Source of the DNA: Octopus sinensis
Taxonomy: Eukaryota
Assembly (NCBI RefSeq): GCF_006345805.1
Contig: NC_043007.1
Location: 68,138,001 to 68,202,000 of the forward strand
Direction: 5' to 3'
DNA: 64,000 nt
Shown here: positions 38,125 to 50,307 of the stretch, piece after piece
Layout: every line of letters starts with the position of its first letter
How positions within the stretch are numbered: position 1 is the first letter of the stretch
Notes under the pieces: generated by a model
What the model was told of the DNA's origin: nothing
Database searches by the model: none
What the model saw: only the letters and a program-made list of their open reading frames with translations
Translations under genes and position numbers: made by a program

Positions 38125-38440
38125 AAATAATACATACTAATACGTACTAATACATACTAATACATACTAATACATAAACCAACCTATACATACACACGTC
38201 CACGACCTCTCATACGCACTTATACTCTCTCATACACCACACACAATACATACTAATACGTACCAATACATACTAATACATACTAATACATACACCAACC
38301 CCATACATACGCACGTCCAGACCTCTCATACGCACTAATACTCTCTCATACACACACACACCCTTATACATACTAATACATACTAATACATACACCAACC
38401 CTATACATACACACGTCCAGACCTCTCATACGCACCAATA
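38125..38440. repeat. Higher-order repeat (TACATACTAA runs in ~100-120 bp units) in the PLE 3' UTR
   Basis: cgtcca(c)gacctctcatacgcac occurs three times. Confidence 0.8.
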
Positions 38441-38608
38441 GCTGGTCATTCACCCCTATTATCAACCCTATTATCTCCCCTTATTTCGCTCTCGCGTCTC
38501 ATGTTTGATCTTGACCTCTGGCCGAAATCAGATCGCCATGTTGATTCGTTAGTTACTGCACGCATTTTTTTTCTCTCCTTCTTTCTGTGTTTTTTTTCTC
38601 TCTGTGTA

Positions 38609-38646
38609 TCTTTCTGTTGAAGAGCGTAGGCTCGAAACGTTAAAGT
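38609..38646 (+). ncRNA. Minimal type I hammerhead ribozyme motif (PLE tail), variant core
   Basis: tcttt CTGTTGA A GAGC gtag GCTC GAAA CG T T aaag: stems I and II present, palindromic ACGT stem III, GUU site. Confidence 0.6.
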
Positions 38647-39536
38647 CTTGTTTTATTTATATTTCCTGAGCGCCATACTAATACAATTGTTTGTCTGTTT
38701 CCCACCTGCCTTCGTCTTTTGTCTATTTTCATAAAGCTTCCCGTTATATATATATATATATAAGAAACGAGGAGGTTTTGCCAGGGTGACTCAAACTAAT
38801 AGGTATGCATTCTGATTGTTCCAATATGTATGCCACTAAAATTCCGACTTTAATGGCAGTTGAAGTTGTGGTTTTGTGACTGCCTTATCCAAAGTGGCAA
38901 CAAGTGGCTTCCTCTTGAGTCTGTATGTAAAGGTTAGAGTAGAAAAGGAGAGGTAAACAATTTGGCAAGACTTAGTAAGGACATTTAATTTAATTTGGCA
39001 ATATAATGAAAGGTAGAGATAATCTCTGACAGCTGTTTCTGGGATATCCCAGAAACAGCTGTATAGCTAAATTAAATTAAATGTCTTTATCACGTCTTGC
39101 CAAATTGTTAGCCTCTCATTTTCTACTTTAACACACATACACACACACACGCACGCGCATGCACACACACAAAATAACCATCTATTATTGCTCTGCAGTC
39201 AAGCAAATAAAACGCAACGTTAAATTTAACTGATATAACTTTGAAAATTCGTCAAAATAATGCTAGTTTGTCTTTGTATTTTGCACATATCATTCTTAGC
39301 AAATATTATGGCCCCCACCCGATTAGGCAAGAATTTGTTTAAATTGTTAAAGACAGACTGATCTATGCCTGTCCATTCGGTCAGTGATTCTTTCAGTTTT
39401 GTAATTGGTGTAATTGTTGGGGGTCTTGCATTTATCTGTCAAGATGTTCCTATTTATGTTCTACTGAATAATCAATTCAGAGATTCGATTCTGCGAGTTC
39501 TTTTCTAAGCTTGTATGTATGACATTTGAATACAGC

Positions 39537-39574
<38 letters not shown>

Positions 39575-39643
39575 CACACAACACACACACACACACACAC
39601 ACACACCACACACACACACAACAAACACACACACACACACACG

Positions 39644-39684
<41 letters not shown>

Positions 39685-39699
39685 CACACACAACAGTGA

Positions 39700-40250
39700 G
39701 AAAATGGCTGGTCTTCTTACAGATTCCTATATTGGAATTGAAGAGTAGTAAATCCTTTTGAAGTATTCGGTAGTATTTCTGGGTCATTAAAACAATTTTC
39801 AACAAAAATAAACTCTGAAACCCTTGCTATCCCCAAACAGCTTCTAACACAACAGTTCTAAATTCTCCATATTTAACCATTACGTTTAAACAACCCGGAT
39901 TTTATATTTCAATTTTGTTGTGCCACTCACTGAAATGTAAAATTAGCAGAACTTGCCTTCATCAGATTATATTTTTGTCGATGAAAACTCGTCTTCTCTG
40001 TTGCAGAATTCTTTAGTCCGGTTGAAACTTTTGTGTCTTTTTAGCTTTTGAAATCATTGACTTCTTGCCAACTTCTTTATTAAAGACCTCTATGCAAGAT
40101 CTTTCAATACTCTTCATGGGCAATATGGCAACATTTCCATAGAATTTGCAACCTCTCTAACAATTTCATGTCGATGTTTAATAGTTTCCGTTTTAACTGC
40201 CCTATTTGCCTTTTCAGAAACTTATGTGGCGTCTCACTTCAATCTATTGA
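39700..40250 (-). mobile_element. Highly degenerate Tc1-like transposase remnant
   Basis: KI*SDEGKFC and MTQKYYRILQKDLL resemble FSDExKF and MNAxxYxxILExxLL motifs. Confidence 0.35.
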
Positions 40251-40859
40251 AGTATAAACTATGCGGTATATTGTTTGATGATTAAAACTGAAAAACAGAA
40301 CTATTTTTCAGCTGGACTTTCCACATTGATACAAAATGATGACTTACCAGCGTGTATATTCATAGATGTCTATTTTACTCAATAGTTTTCATTGTCGTAT
40401 TAGGTGGGAAAGAAAGACCTGTCGCATTTTTTAACGTGATCACTTTGAAGGAATCTTTTAGATACTTTTGTTAAAATAAGCGTTAACTTTTACATTCTAG
40501 AGCGTTTGATCTTCTTTGCAGATTGCTTCATACCATAGAGGTTAAATTCGTATAGATTTTACTTTTTTAAAAGAATTTAGGTCAGACCGTATGAATTCAT
40601 AAAAGGCTCTTCGGTAATGGAAGCAGCCAGAAATATTCTTATGTGTATGAAAATGAAATATTAAGCGCCCGGGGACGCTAATGTTGGTTTGACCAGTTTC
40701 GCTCGAGAAATGATTCTCTCGCAATTCACCTCGAGGATGATGTAGGTTCTGTTGATATTCACGTCTGAAAATCGTAACTGAAGGAAATCCTAAGTAAACT
40801 GCACGACAGTTAGCAAATTTGTTCAAGTCACAGCTCGATCATAAAATACTTTCATGAAG

Positions 40860-41630
40860 TGTCTAAACCTAATTAATGGGTCCCTCATCATTTGATTGCT
40901 TCTCAGCTTAATTAAAGAGTTGCTCTCAGCTCATCATTGAAGAATAGACTTGCTACCAAACCCTTCCTGGACAGAATCATCACGTTGATGAAAAGTGGAT
41001 TCTTTATAATGACATCCAGCGGAAATAGCAATGGCTAGCATCTAAAGAAAAAGAAAAAAAAATATCCGCAACCAAGAGTACACTCGATAAGGTTCTGTTC
41101 TTTGTTTAGTGGGTTATGATGGGAGCCATCTATCACGAAATCAAAATAAAGCAGTTAATACAGAGAAGTATTGTTGTCACTTGGATGCATTGCACAAAAA
41201 TTTGCGGAGAAAGCTCTCATCATTAGTCAGTCGGAAAGTGGTGTTATTCTTACACGATGAAGTAAGACCATTCATTACCCAAATCACACAAGAAAATATT
41301 ATGGCATTAAGTATGGAAGTGTTTTGCCTCCTACAGTTATTTTTCTGGTTTTGATTGATTTAACTATCATCTTTTCAGATGATTGCAACATAATTTAGAG
41401 GGAAAGCAGTTTATTAATTGTGAAGAGATTAAAAATGATATCGAGTTTCTTTGCTTTGAAATCTGACGAGTTTTACACCCGAGGAGGTCAACGATTTACT
41501 AAATAGATGGGATTATGCTATCGATGAGGGTAAATATTATCTTGATTAAATTATTAGAAAATCAAAGAAACATTTATTTCCGTCTCATTTTGAAATGCAA
41601 CAAAACTTTCTTTCCAGCTAAATATCTTTT
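40860..41630 (+). mobile_element. Degenerate mariner (DD34D-type) transposase
   Basis: WVPHHL, PFLDRIIT/DEKWILYND, EKYCCHLDALHKNLRRK...KVVLFLHDEVRP across frameshifts. Confidence 0.75.
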
Positions 41631-41790
41631 CAAAATAAAGTTACAATTAACTCCCAAAGAACAAATTCAAGCATGTACCTGCAAAGTTGAGAAAATATAA
41701 CTAATTGGGAAACATGTAAAAACCAACAATGGGGTTAAAAACTTTTCGTTAGTCAGTGTATATTTCTTGTTGCCTAAGTCTAAGTACTGT

Positions 41791-42276
41791 GGAGACGCGT
41801 GGCTTAGTGGTTAGGGTGTCAGCATCATGATCGTAAGATTGTGGTTTTGATTCCTGGACGGGCGACGCGTTGTGTTCTTGAGCAAAACACTTCATTACAC
41901 GTTGTTCCAGTCCACTCGGCTGGCAAAAATGAGTAACGCTGCGATGGACTGGCGTCCCGTCCAGCTGGGGAACACATACGGCATTGAAACCGGGAAACCG
42001 GGCCCATGAGCCTGGCTAGGCTTTAAAAGAACGCATTTATTTGTGGAGCCGCATTGCTTAATGGTTCGGGTGTCAGCAGCATGATCGTAAGATTGTGGTT
42101 TCGATTCCTGAACCGGGCGACGCGTTCACGTTGCTCCGGTCCACTCAGCTGGCAAAAATGAGTAACGCTGCGATGGACTGGCGTCCCGTCCAGCTGGGGA
42201 ACACATACGCCATTGAAACCGGGTAACCGGGATCATGAGTCTGGCTAGGCTTTAAAAGGGCGCATTTATTTTTTTA
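41791..42276 (+). mobile_element. Head-to-tail SINE C dimer flanked by a 12-bp TSD
   Basis: Monomers start at ~41791 and ~42045; taagtctaagta at 41775-41786 and 42283-42294. Confidence 0.85.
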
Positions 42277-42574
42277 TTTCATTAAGTCTAAGTAATGCGA
42301 CTGATTATTTTGTCACAGCCTTCACATATTTTAAAGTTAGTTTTTGCATTATTCTTCATTACATGGTTTTGATAGATTCTGTGCTGCAGTAAAAATCTTA
42401 ACTTTGAGCCTTGCGCTTCTGAGCCAGAACTAAGATGTTACTTTTTTTGGATCCCTTGCCTTTTATATCCAGTTGGTTCACCGCTACTGCCTTGTTTACA
42501 TAAATCTGGATAGCCCAAATAGTCAACCCATTTTCATTTTCTACCATAGTTGTATCATTTTTATGCCACCGGGG

Positions 42575-42799
42575 CATATATATAACGGGAAGCTTTATGA
42601 AAATAAACAAAAGACGAAGGCAGGTGGAGTAGAAACAAACAATTGCATTAGTATGGCGCTCAGGAATATAAATAAAACAAGTCTTTTACGTTTCGAGCCT
42701 ACGCTCTTCAACAGAAAGATACACAGAAAAGAAACACGGAGAGAAACAAGGAGGAGAAAAAAATGCGTGCAGAAGCTAGCGATTCAACATGGCGATGTA

Positions 42800-42800
<1 letters not shown>
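42575..42800 (-). mobile_element. Solo tail of the same Penelope-like family as 38530-38755
   Basis: Reverse complement aligns nearly end to end with 38530-38755. Confidence 0.85.
42682..42719 (-). ncRNA. Minimal type I hammerhead ribozyme motif, variant core, GUA site
   Basis: TCTTT CTGTTGA A GAGC GTAG GCTC GAAA CG T A AAAGA: 5-bp stem I, 4-bp stem II, palindromic ACGU stem III. Confidence 0.65.
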
Positions 42801-42842
<42 letters not shown>

Positions 42843-43269
42843 GTGTGTGTGTGTATGTATATATATATATATAATATATATGTATATATGTTTATACATG
42901 CATGGATATTATATAATATATAATATATACATGTACGTATATGTATATGTTTCGAAACGAGGAGTAGATGAAACAGGGATAACTGAGAAGAGGGGAATAT
43001 TCCTTGTGTTGTTTGTCTCGTTTCTCTGTTTTTTTTTGTTGTTTGAAAAAAAAGTTCGTTTCTATCTTTATATTTTTATGTTTTCGTTTCTCATTGACTT
43101 CAACGTTTTTCTGATGTCCTGTACCCATATGTGCATGTATATATACATATATACGTAGGTATGTACATATAGGTGTGTATATATATATATATATGCATAT
43201 ATTTATATATTATCATATTTAATATATATATATATGCATATATTTATATATTATTAATATTTTATATAT

Positions 43270-43313
<44 letters not shown>

Positions 43314-44091
43314 GTGTGTGTGTTGTCTGTGTGTGTCTGTGTGTGTGTATGTGTGTATAATGCATACACTGAAGAAAAAGTACACACTGTATAGATTATA
43401 AACATCGGTGTACTCTACATAAGAAGTGCAATGAAAAAGAATATAGATAACAGCATAACAAAAAAGCCTTGCAATAATGACACAGATTAAATCCAAGGAA
43501 CCATCGAAGCAGAATTATCTAAGGAAGACCTAGAAAGTAAAAATTCTCAGAATAGACCAATAGAACAAAAGATGTTGTCGGTATCTTTAATCCTCAGTCT
43601 GAAAAGAAGACGCGTAAATTGCTCTTAGTGTCTCTCTTCTAACAACCTACTTAGCTATCAACAATAAAACATCATATCAAACTAGTTTCTATCTCGATTA
43701 AAGCCTATAGAATTTGTGTGTTTGTTTATATTTCCGTGTTAGTGCCTGCATATGTGTTGTTAGCTGTCTGAACGGTGTGACTACATACACTCACGTTATG
43801 TACACAAATAAATGTATGGGTATGTGTGTGTGTGTGTGTGTATGTAGTGTGTACGTGTGTGTGTGTGTGCGTACATATGAGTGTTAGTGTTTTTTTTTAA
43901 TGTTCGTGAATTTGTTCGTTATTTGTGTGTGTGTATATGTATGCGTGTTCGGACATAGACGTCTGTGTATGTTTGACTATGTATGCATGTATGTATGCAT
44001 TAATGTTTCTATCTATCTGCCCATCTCTCTGTCTGTTTACATACTAAAATATCTAATTACTATCTTTATATTATGTACACATAGGCAATGC

Positions 44092-44174
<83 letters not shown>

Positions 44175-44178
44175 ATTA

Positions 44179-44243
<65 letters not shown>

Positions 44244-44638
44244 CCTTGTTTGTATGTCCTGTACCATATATGCATGTATATATACATGTAGAGGTAGGTA
44301 CGTACATATATGTATGTATATATATATATATGTGTGTATGTACATATATATATATATATATAATATATATATATATAGATATATTATATATATATATAAT
44401 ATATATATAATGTGTATTTAGAGAAGAAATGAGGTACTCAGAAATTCGGATGGTTTTATATTTACAGACATTTATTTGTTACATGTTTTTATACATTCAT
44501 ATAACTTAGATCATGTATTAGCGCTTTCTTCCCATCTAGTGGGGTTTTCAAATCGAACTAAGTTCCTGTGTGAAAAGTTTTGACCATTTTATAGTGTTAT
44601 TGAGTTTGTAGTGGTCGGGAGGGATATAAGACAGTACA

Positions 44639-44725
<87 letters not shown>

Positions 44726-44873
44726 TGTATTTGGAAGAAGTGTTAAAGAAAAAGAGGGGAATGGAGAGGGAAGAAGAAGAAAAAAGTTTTTTTGTTCTGC
44801 TGGACAGGATACTTACTTCAAGGGGGTCTAAGATTGGGTGAAAAGAATTTCAGTTTTTGACCATTTCATAGTG

Positions 44874-44973
44874 NNNNNNNNNNNNNNNNNNNNNNNNNNN
44901 NNNNNNNNNNNNNNNNNNNNNNNNNNNNNNNNNNNNNNNNNNNNNNNNNNNNNNNNNNNNNNNNNNNNNNNNN
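44874..44973. other. Assembly gap (100 N)
   Basis: Direct read. Confidence 1.
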
Positions 44974-45869
44974 ATTTTTTTATTTTTTATTTTTATTTAT
45001 TCTCCTATCTAATTTTACACTGACTCCTTGACCACTCCCCCAAGTATGATTTTTTGCGCTATGCCTACCCCCAAAAGTCCCCCACCAACACCCCTTTAAC
45101 CTGCCTAAATGTATAAATGCCAATACAATTCTTGTTAACTAGCTTCCTGAAGATTTCTCTTGAATGAAACAGTTCTAGTCCTGTAGAAGCTCCTCTATAT
45201 AATAAATATATATTATATATATATATTTATATGAAATAGAAAATTACTATTTGTAAATCTCTCAACGAGAGATTAATACTTTTAAGTCATGCTTTTAAAA
45301 ACAATGAATGTCTATGCGGGTGTACATATTGCATGCACCTGTGCAGTCGCAAATATGTAGCCATATGTACACCAACACACACATATAAACAGATAACGGG
45401 TGCTGGTCTGTTTACGTCCTAGTAGCTTAGCGGTTTGGCAACAGAAAGTGATAGAATAAGTACCAGTCTTGCAAAATATAAGTACTGGGTTCAAAACATT
45501 CCACTAAGAATTCTTCAAGGAAGTGCCCCACATGGCCGCTGTTTAATGAGTTAACCAAATAAAAGATAAAATATATGTACATACATGTATACATATATAC
45601 ATATTGTTATACGTATATACTCACTTATAGACACGCATACATTCATATTAAAACATATATCAATTTGAACTCAGAACGTAACGGCAGACGAAATACGGCT
45701 ACGCATTTCGCCCGCGTGCTAACGTTTCTGCCAGCTCGCCACCTTTTCTATCAATTAAACCTGTTAATTAAACATTTCGAAAACCAGCGTTTTTCTTCTC
45801 TGAACCAGAACGAAATTCAAGGAGTCTTATATTTGCATAAAACATAATTAGCCGCATGCATACAAAGCA

Positions 45870-46100
45870 TTAACAACTAATTTCTTTTATTCAAACTATT
45901 GGTGCCTTGATTGAAAATTCTCAGTTTTCCGCTCAGACAAATGTCATACCGCTTCTTTGATTTGAAGCTCCCGTTCCTGCAAGGTGGCGCATTATCTACA
46001 ATGGACCAGGTAATTGTGAATTCGTGAAGACTTGTCAAACGCAAGAACCATATAAATTTCAACAAAGCAGTTGCACATTTTCTGTCGAGGTTGACAAATA
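45870..46100 (-). mobile_element. pogo/Tigger-like DDE_1 remnant
   Basis: IVDNAPPC...IFNQGTNSL resembles LLxDNAPxH...PxDQGVIxxF. Confidence 0.4.
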
Positions 46101-46472
46101 AATGTTTATGCTTGTAATAATTTCGGTTGTATGGAGTTTATGACATTTATAATTACATTTCAGAAATTAAATCAAAAAGCGAGAGCTTGAAGCTGAAGTT
46201 TTCGTAAATGTGTTATTCACAAATGTTTCTAAACGAAATAACATAGTGATAATCGTTTCCTTCAAAGTTTTATTTTATATAAAAAAAAAAATATTAACAG
46301 TGGATATTCAAAAGAAGGCCAAGGTCTTTACAAGCTGTCGATGGGAAACGAGCAACTTGGGGCAATGGAAATCGGAGCTTTCCTGTTATAATATATTTAG
46401 GAATACTCTAGAGTTGTATTGAATCCTGTAATTTATCGCTTCTCATGAGCCAACAGACACACACCCACACAT

Positions 46473-46520
<48 letters not shown>

Positions 46521-46561
46521 AGTACTAACGCACGAAACGCTCAGACCTTGAGTGACTTCTG

Positions 46562-46605
<44 letters not shown>

Positions 46606-47335
46606 GTGTAACAATAACTATGGCGACGAACGGGAACGCGAAACTCTGAGTAATAGTTTGTGGTGTGTGTGTGTGTAAATATATATATATATATATGAAA
46701 TAGAAAATTACTATTTGTAAATCTCTCAACGAGAGACATTCAGTTATAGTACTCTAGAGTAAAGGTTTTTGTCAACATAACGTGGCAGTCCTGGTTACGA
46801 CGAATGCTACTGGGAATTTCCTCTCCAGCTGGTTATACGACACATTATCTGTGTCCTTATATTTTCGAACAAGTGAGTTTAGCATCCCCACTCAGCACAG
46901 AACAGTATCTGCGTATCGCGATTTCTGGGTTATTTCTCTTCATCGGGACAGAATAACTGTCCGGCTAGAGGTTTATTCTTTATTACAGGCACAAGGCCTA
47001 AATACAGAGGGGACATACATAGACATGCGGGAACAAAAATCACATGAAAAAATGAATGTAAAATGAATTAAATCACAATAAATATAAGACGGGTATCTCG
47101 CTCCCGCTCTGAGATGAAACCGTGAATTCCTTTTTCGTTTAAACCTTTACATTTTAAATAACAATTTCCAGCCCCGCCCCGAGACGAAACCTCGACTTCC
47201 CTTTTCGTTTTCACCTTACAATTTTAAAGAAAACGTTTTTAAACAAATGTTCATTCCTATATTTACAGGGTTTACTTATTTTCTTTTTCTTTTTTATTTA
47301 AACCAATAAGTTTTCTCAGTCACTAACAGTCTTTA

Positions 47336-47744
47336 AAACTAGAGAAGCACTCGGAGAACGCAGACCTCCGCCAAACTCATTTTAAGATAGATACGCGAGT
47401 AAAATTACTAATAGAGAAACGAAAATAAACTTTGGAAATAGCAACGCCACCATAGGTTACGTGGGAACGATGAACGTGTTTTCAAGGGAGATAATCAAAG
47501 AACGTAACATTGTAATAATTCATGTAAAGTAAATATAACAAATGAAAAATCCTTCAAGAATCCATAAAAATTCCCGGATCACTACCAAAATTTCATCATC
47601 TGTTTCTTGTGTCAATACCAACTTTTCCTGCAAGTTTCATAAAAATACCGTTCACAATTTTTTGAGTTATTTTGCACACAGACGGACAGACGGACAAACC
47701 AATGCCGATGAAAACATAAACTCCTTCCTTGGCGGAGGTGATAA
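47336..47744 (-). mobile_element. Helentron-associated (DINE-1/HINE-like) element
   Basis: Sub-terminal inverted repeat acctccgccaa / ttggcggaggt, 3' hairpin then ctagtt on the minus strand, internal gtccgtctgt repeat. Confidence 0.6.
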
Positions 47745-48030
47745 ATAGTTCGGTCCGGACGTGCTTTTGCTTCGCTGCGGCTTTTTTGTTGGTTGTGTAG
47801 TTTTGTGCAGCTTTGCAGCAATTTTGGGGTATAACGTCACCATTGTTTGGTGGGCGTTGCTGAGATGGAGAAAATGAAGGCATATGCGGCAGCGACGGGG
47901 AGTCGGGCTTCCGTCATCTCAGGCCTGCTGAAGCAAGAAGCAATACGAAACGTTAAAGACTTTTTCATTTCCCGAAAGTTATACTAATACATCTGCTTGT
48001 TTTCTACAGCACCTGTTTTCGTGAATTCTC

Positions 48031-48077
<47 letters not shown>

Positions 48078-48183
48078 AATATATATATATATATGTATGT
48101 ATGTATATAATTATACATATATATGTATATGTGTATATATATGTATATGTATATGTATATGTAAATATATATATGTATATATA

Positions 48184-48244
<61 letters not shown>

Positions 48245-48356
48245 ATATATATATATAACATGGTAGTCCAGAAAAATAGGACGAATGCTGTCGTTGATTA
48301 GCACCAAGAGGCCATCGCCTCTAGCTAGCTGTGTGACACACAAACCTGTGTATCCA

Positions 48357-48394
<38 letters not shown>

Positions 48395-48787
48395 ACACAC
48401 ACATACACATACACACACATACGCAAATATATATGTTTATTATACTATGCCTATTATAGTTTTAGAAGTTTATTTGACACTTCGAAATTTCGATTTCCCC
48501 CTCTCCCATTTATCAGACAGTCTGATGAAGGCGAACAAACCGAAACTTCGAAGTTACCTTCAACCTTTTCCTTGCAGAAATTTAATAAACGTTCACTCTA
48601 CTATAATTTATTGAATGAATAGTCCTTCAGATTAATTCTGAATTGCTTTTATATATTTGCCACATAAACAAATATCAATCTGTATGAACATTACACACAC
48701 ACACACACTCACACACATACACACACATACACACACACATACATATATACATACATACATACCTACATACATGTATATAAACCCCCC

Positions 48788-48833
<46 letters not shown>

Positions 48834-49717
48834 TATATGCCAGTATGTATCAATACTTTAATACACTTCTAATTTTATAGCTCTTAATAATACATAGACA
48901 GCGTCTTCTATAACTTTTATAATTTCAGTAACCAAATACTTAACTATATTAACTATAATGTTACTTACATTCATTTATTGACAAAGCATTTTTATAGACA
49001 TGGTTTACTTTAAGAGAACGCTTAATATAAAGTTATTTACGTAAGTACATAACAGGCTTCCATTCTCTATTTACGATCATGTCGCCTCTAAAATGTCTCC
49101 CCTTTTATTACTTTATTTTATTTTATTACGTCATTTATTCCGTCATTCTGGTTTTTGTAATTCTAGCTTTCTGTCATTCTTTTCTCTCACATCTTCTAAA
49201 AAGCTGTTGTATATCTTTTGCCTAATGGGAATATTTATCATATATTTTTTTTGTGTGTTTTTCATTTTGATCTCTTTGAAATATTTTTTGTCAATCAATA
49301 TAAATTGCTTGCGCTGTTCGATTTTCGCAGTTTCTCCAGGGTCCTAACAGTGGAACCGTTCAAGTATTAGCTTATACACATGCAAAAAGCCCACCCACCT
49401 TAACGCACATACATACATTCATCATACATCCACATATTTGAGTATGTGAGTATAGGTGTACTCGTTCATGCACAGACACTCACACACATATACACACACT
49501 TACATACATATATACACACACTCACGCACATATATATTTGTGAAGTTCAACTTACAAAGTTTCAGCAGATATATATGTGCGAGTGTGTATGTCTTGCTTG
49601 AGTGGGTGTGTGTATGTTGGTGTGTGCTGGTGTATATATATATATATTTATTTATATATTTATTTATATATTTATTTACATATGTATATATGTATATATA
49701 TATATATATATTATATT

Positions 49718-49768
<51 letters not shown>

Positions 49769-49870
49769 GTATATATGTATATGTATATATATATATTTAC
49801 ATATGTATATATGTATATATATATGTGTATATATATATATATATATGTGTGTATGTAAATATATATATGT

Positions 49871-49905
<35 letters not shown>

Positions 49906-50307
49906 ATATGTAAGTCTATACAGTCACACATTCATTCATACATACACACAAACACACACCAATACAAACACATACACACACGCACACACACAAGCACACA
50001 GGTGTATGGATATATGAATATAACGTAGTGGGTTCGATTCCTGGACTGGTTGAAGTATGTTCTTGGCGCTTCCTTTCAGGTTGCCCCGTCCTACTCAGCT
50101 GAGAACGCATGCCAGCACTATGCTGATGCAGTCCTCTTTATCTTCTGGCTCTCACATCCTGGATGCTCCACTCGATGGAGGGTAGGAACAACGAGAGACT
50201 GTCCAGTAACTACATAGCCATCACTTGTAAATGAGCATGACTTACTAGCATGTAGCATGCTTTTGATAATTGATATAAGTGTCTCTCTCTCTCTTAATAT
50301 ATATATA

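Larger units (their letters stand above)
37180..38755 (+). mobile_element. Penelope-like element, 5'-truncated (GIY-YIG endonuclease region, 3' UTR, tail)
   Basis: PLTYHP, PGSFPCSRPRCRTC, YIGQTGRRLADRFAEHLRDI and RREQELIFSLRSYMPFGLN motifs across frameshifts; no RT domain. Confidence 0.85.

Noticed and set aside
37405-38130. 241-aa Pro/Ser-rich ORF as a host gene
   Set aside because: It threads frameshifted Penelope-like motifs and a CT-rich 3' UTR.
44860-44990. Poly-X ORF and any inferred adjacency across this point
   Set aside because: 100-N placeholder gap; true distance and order across it are unknown.
46515-46660. Two gaaac-containing motifs resembling hammerheads
   Set aside because: CUGANGA core is absent or overwritten by a TA tract; not supportable.
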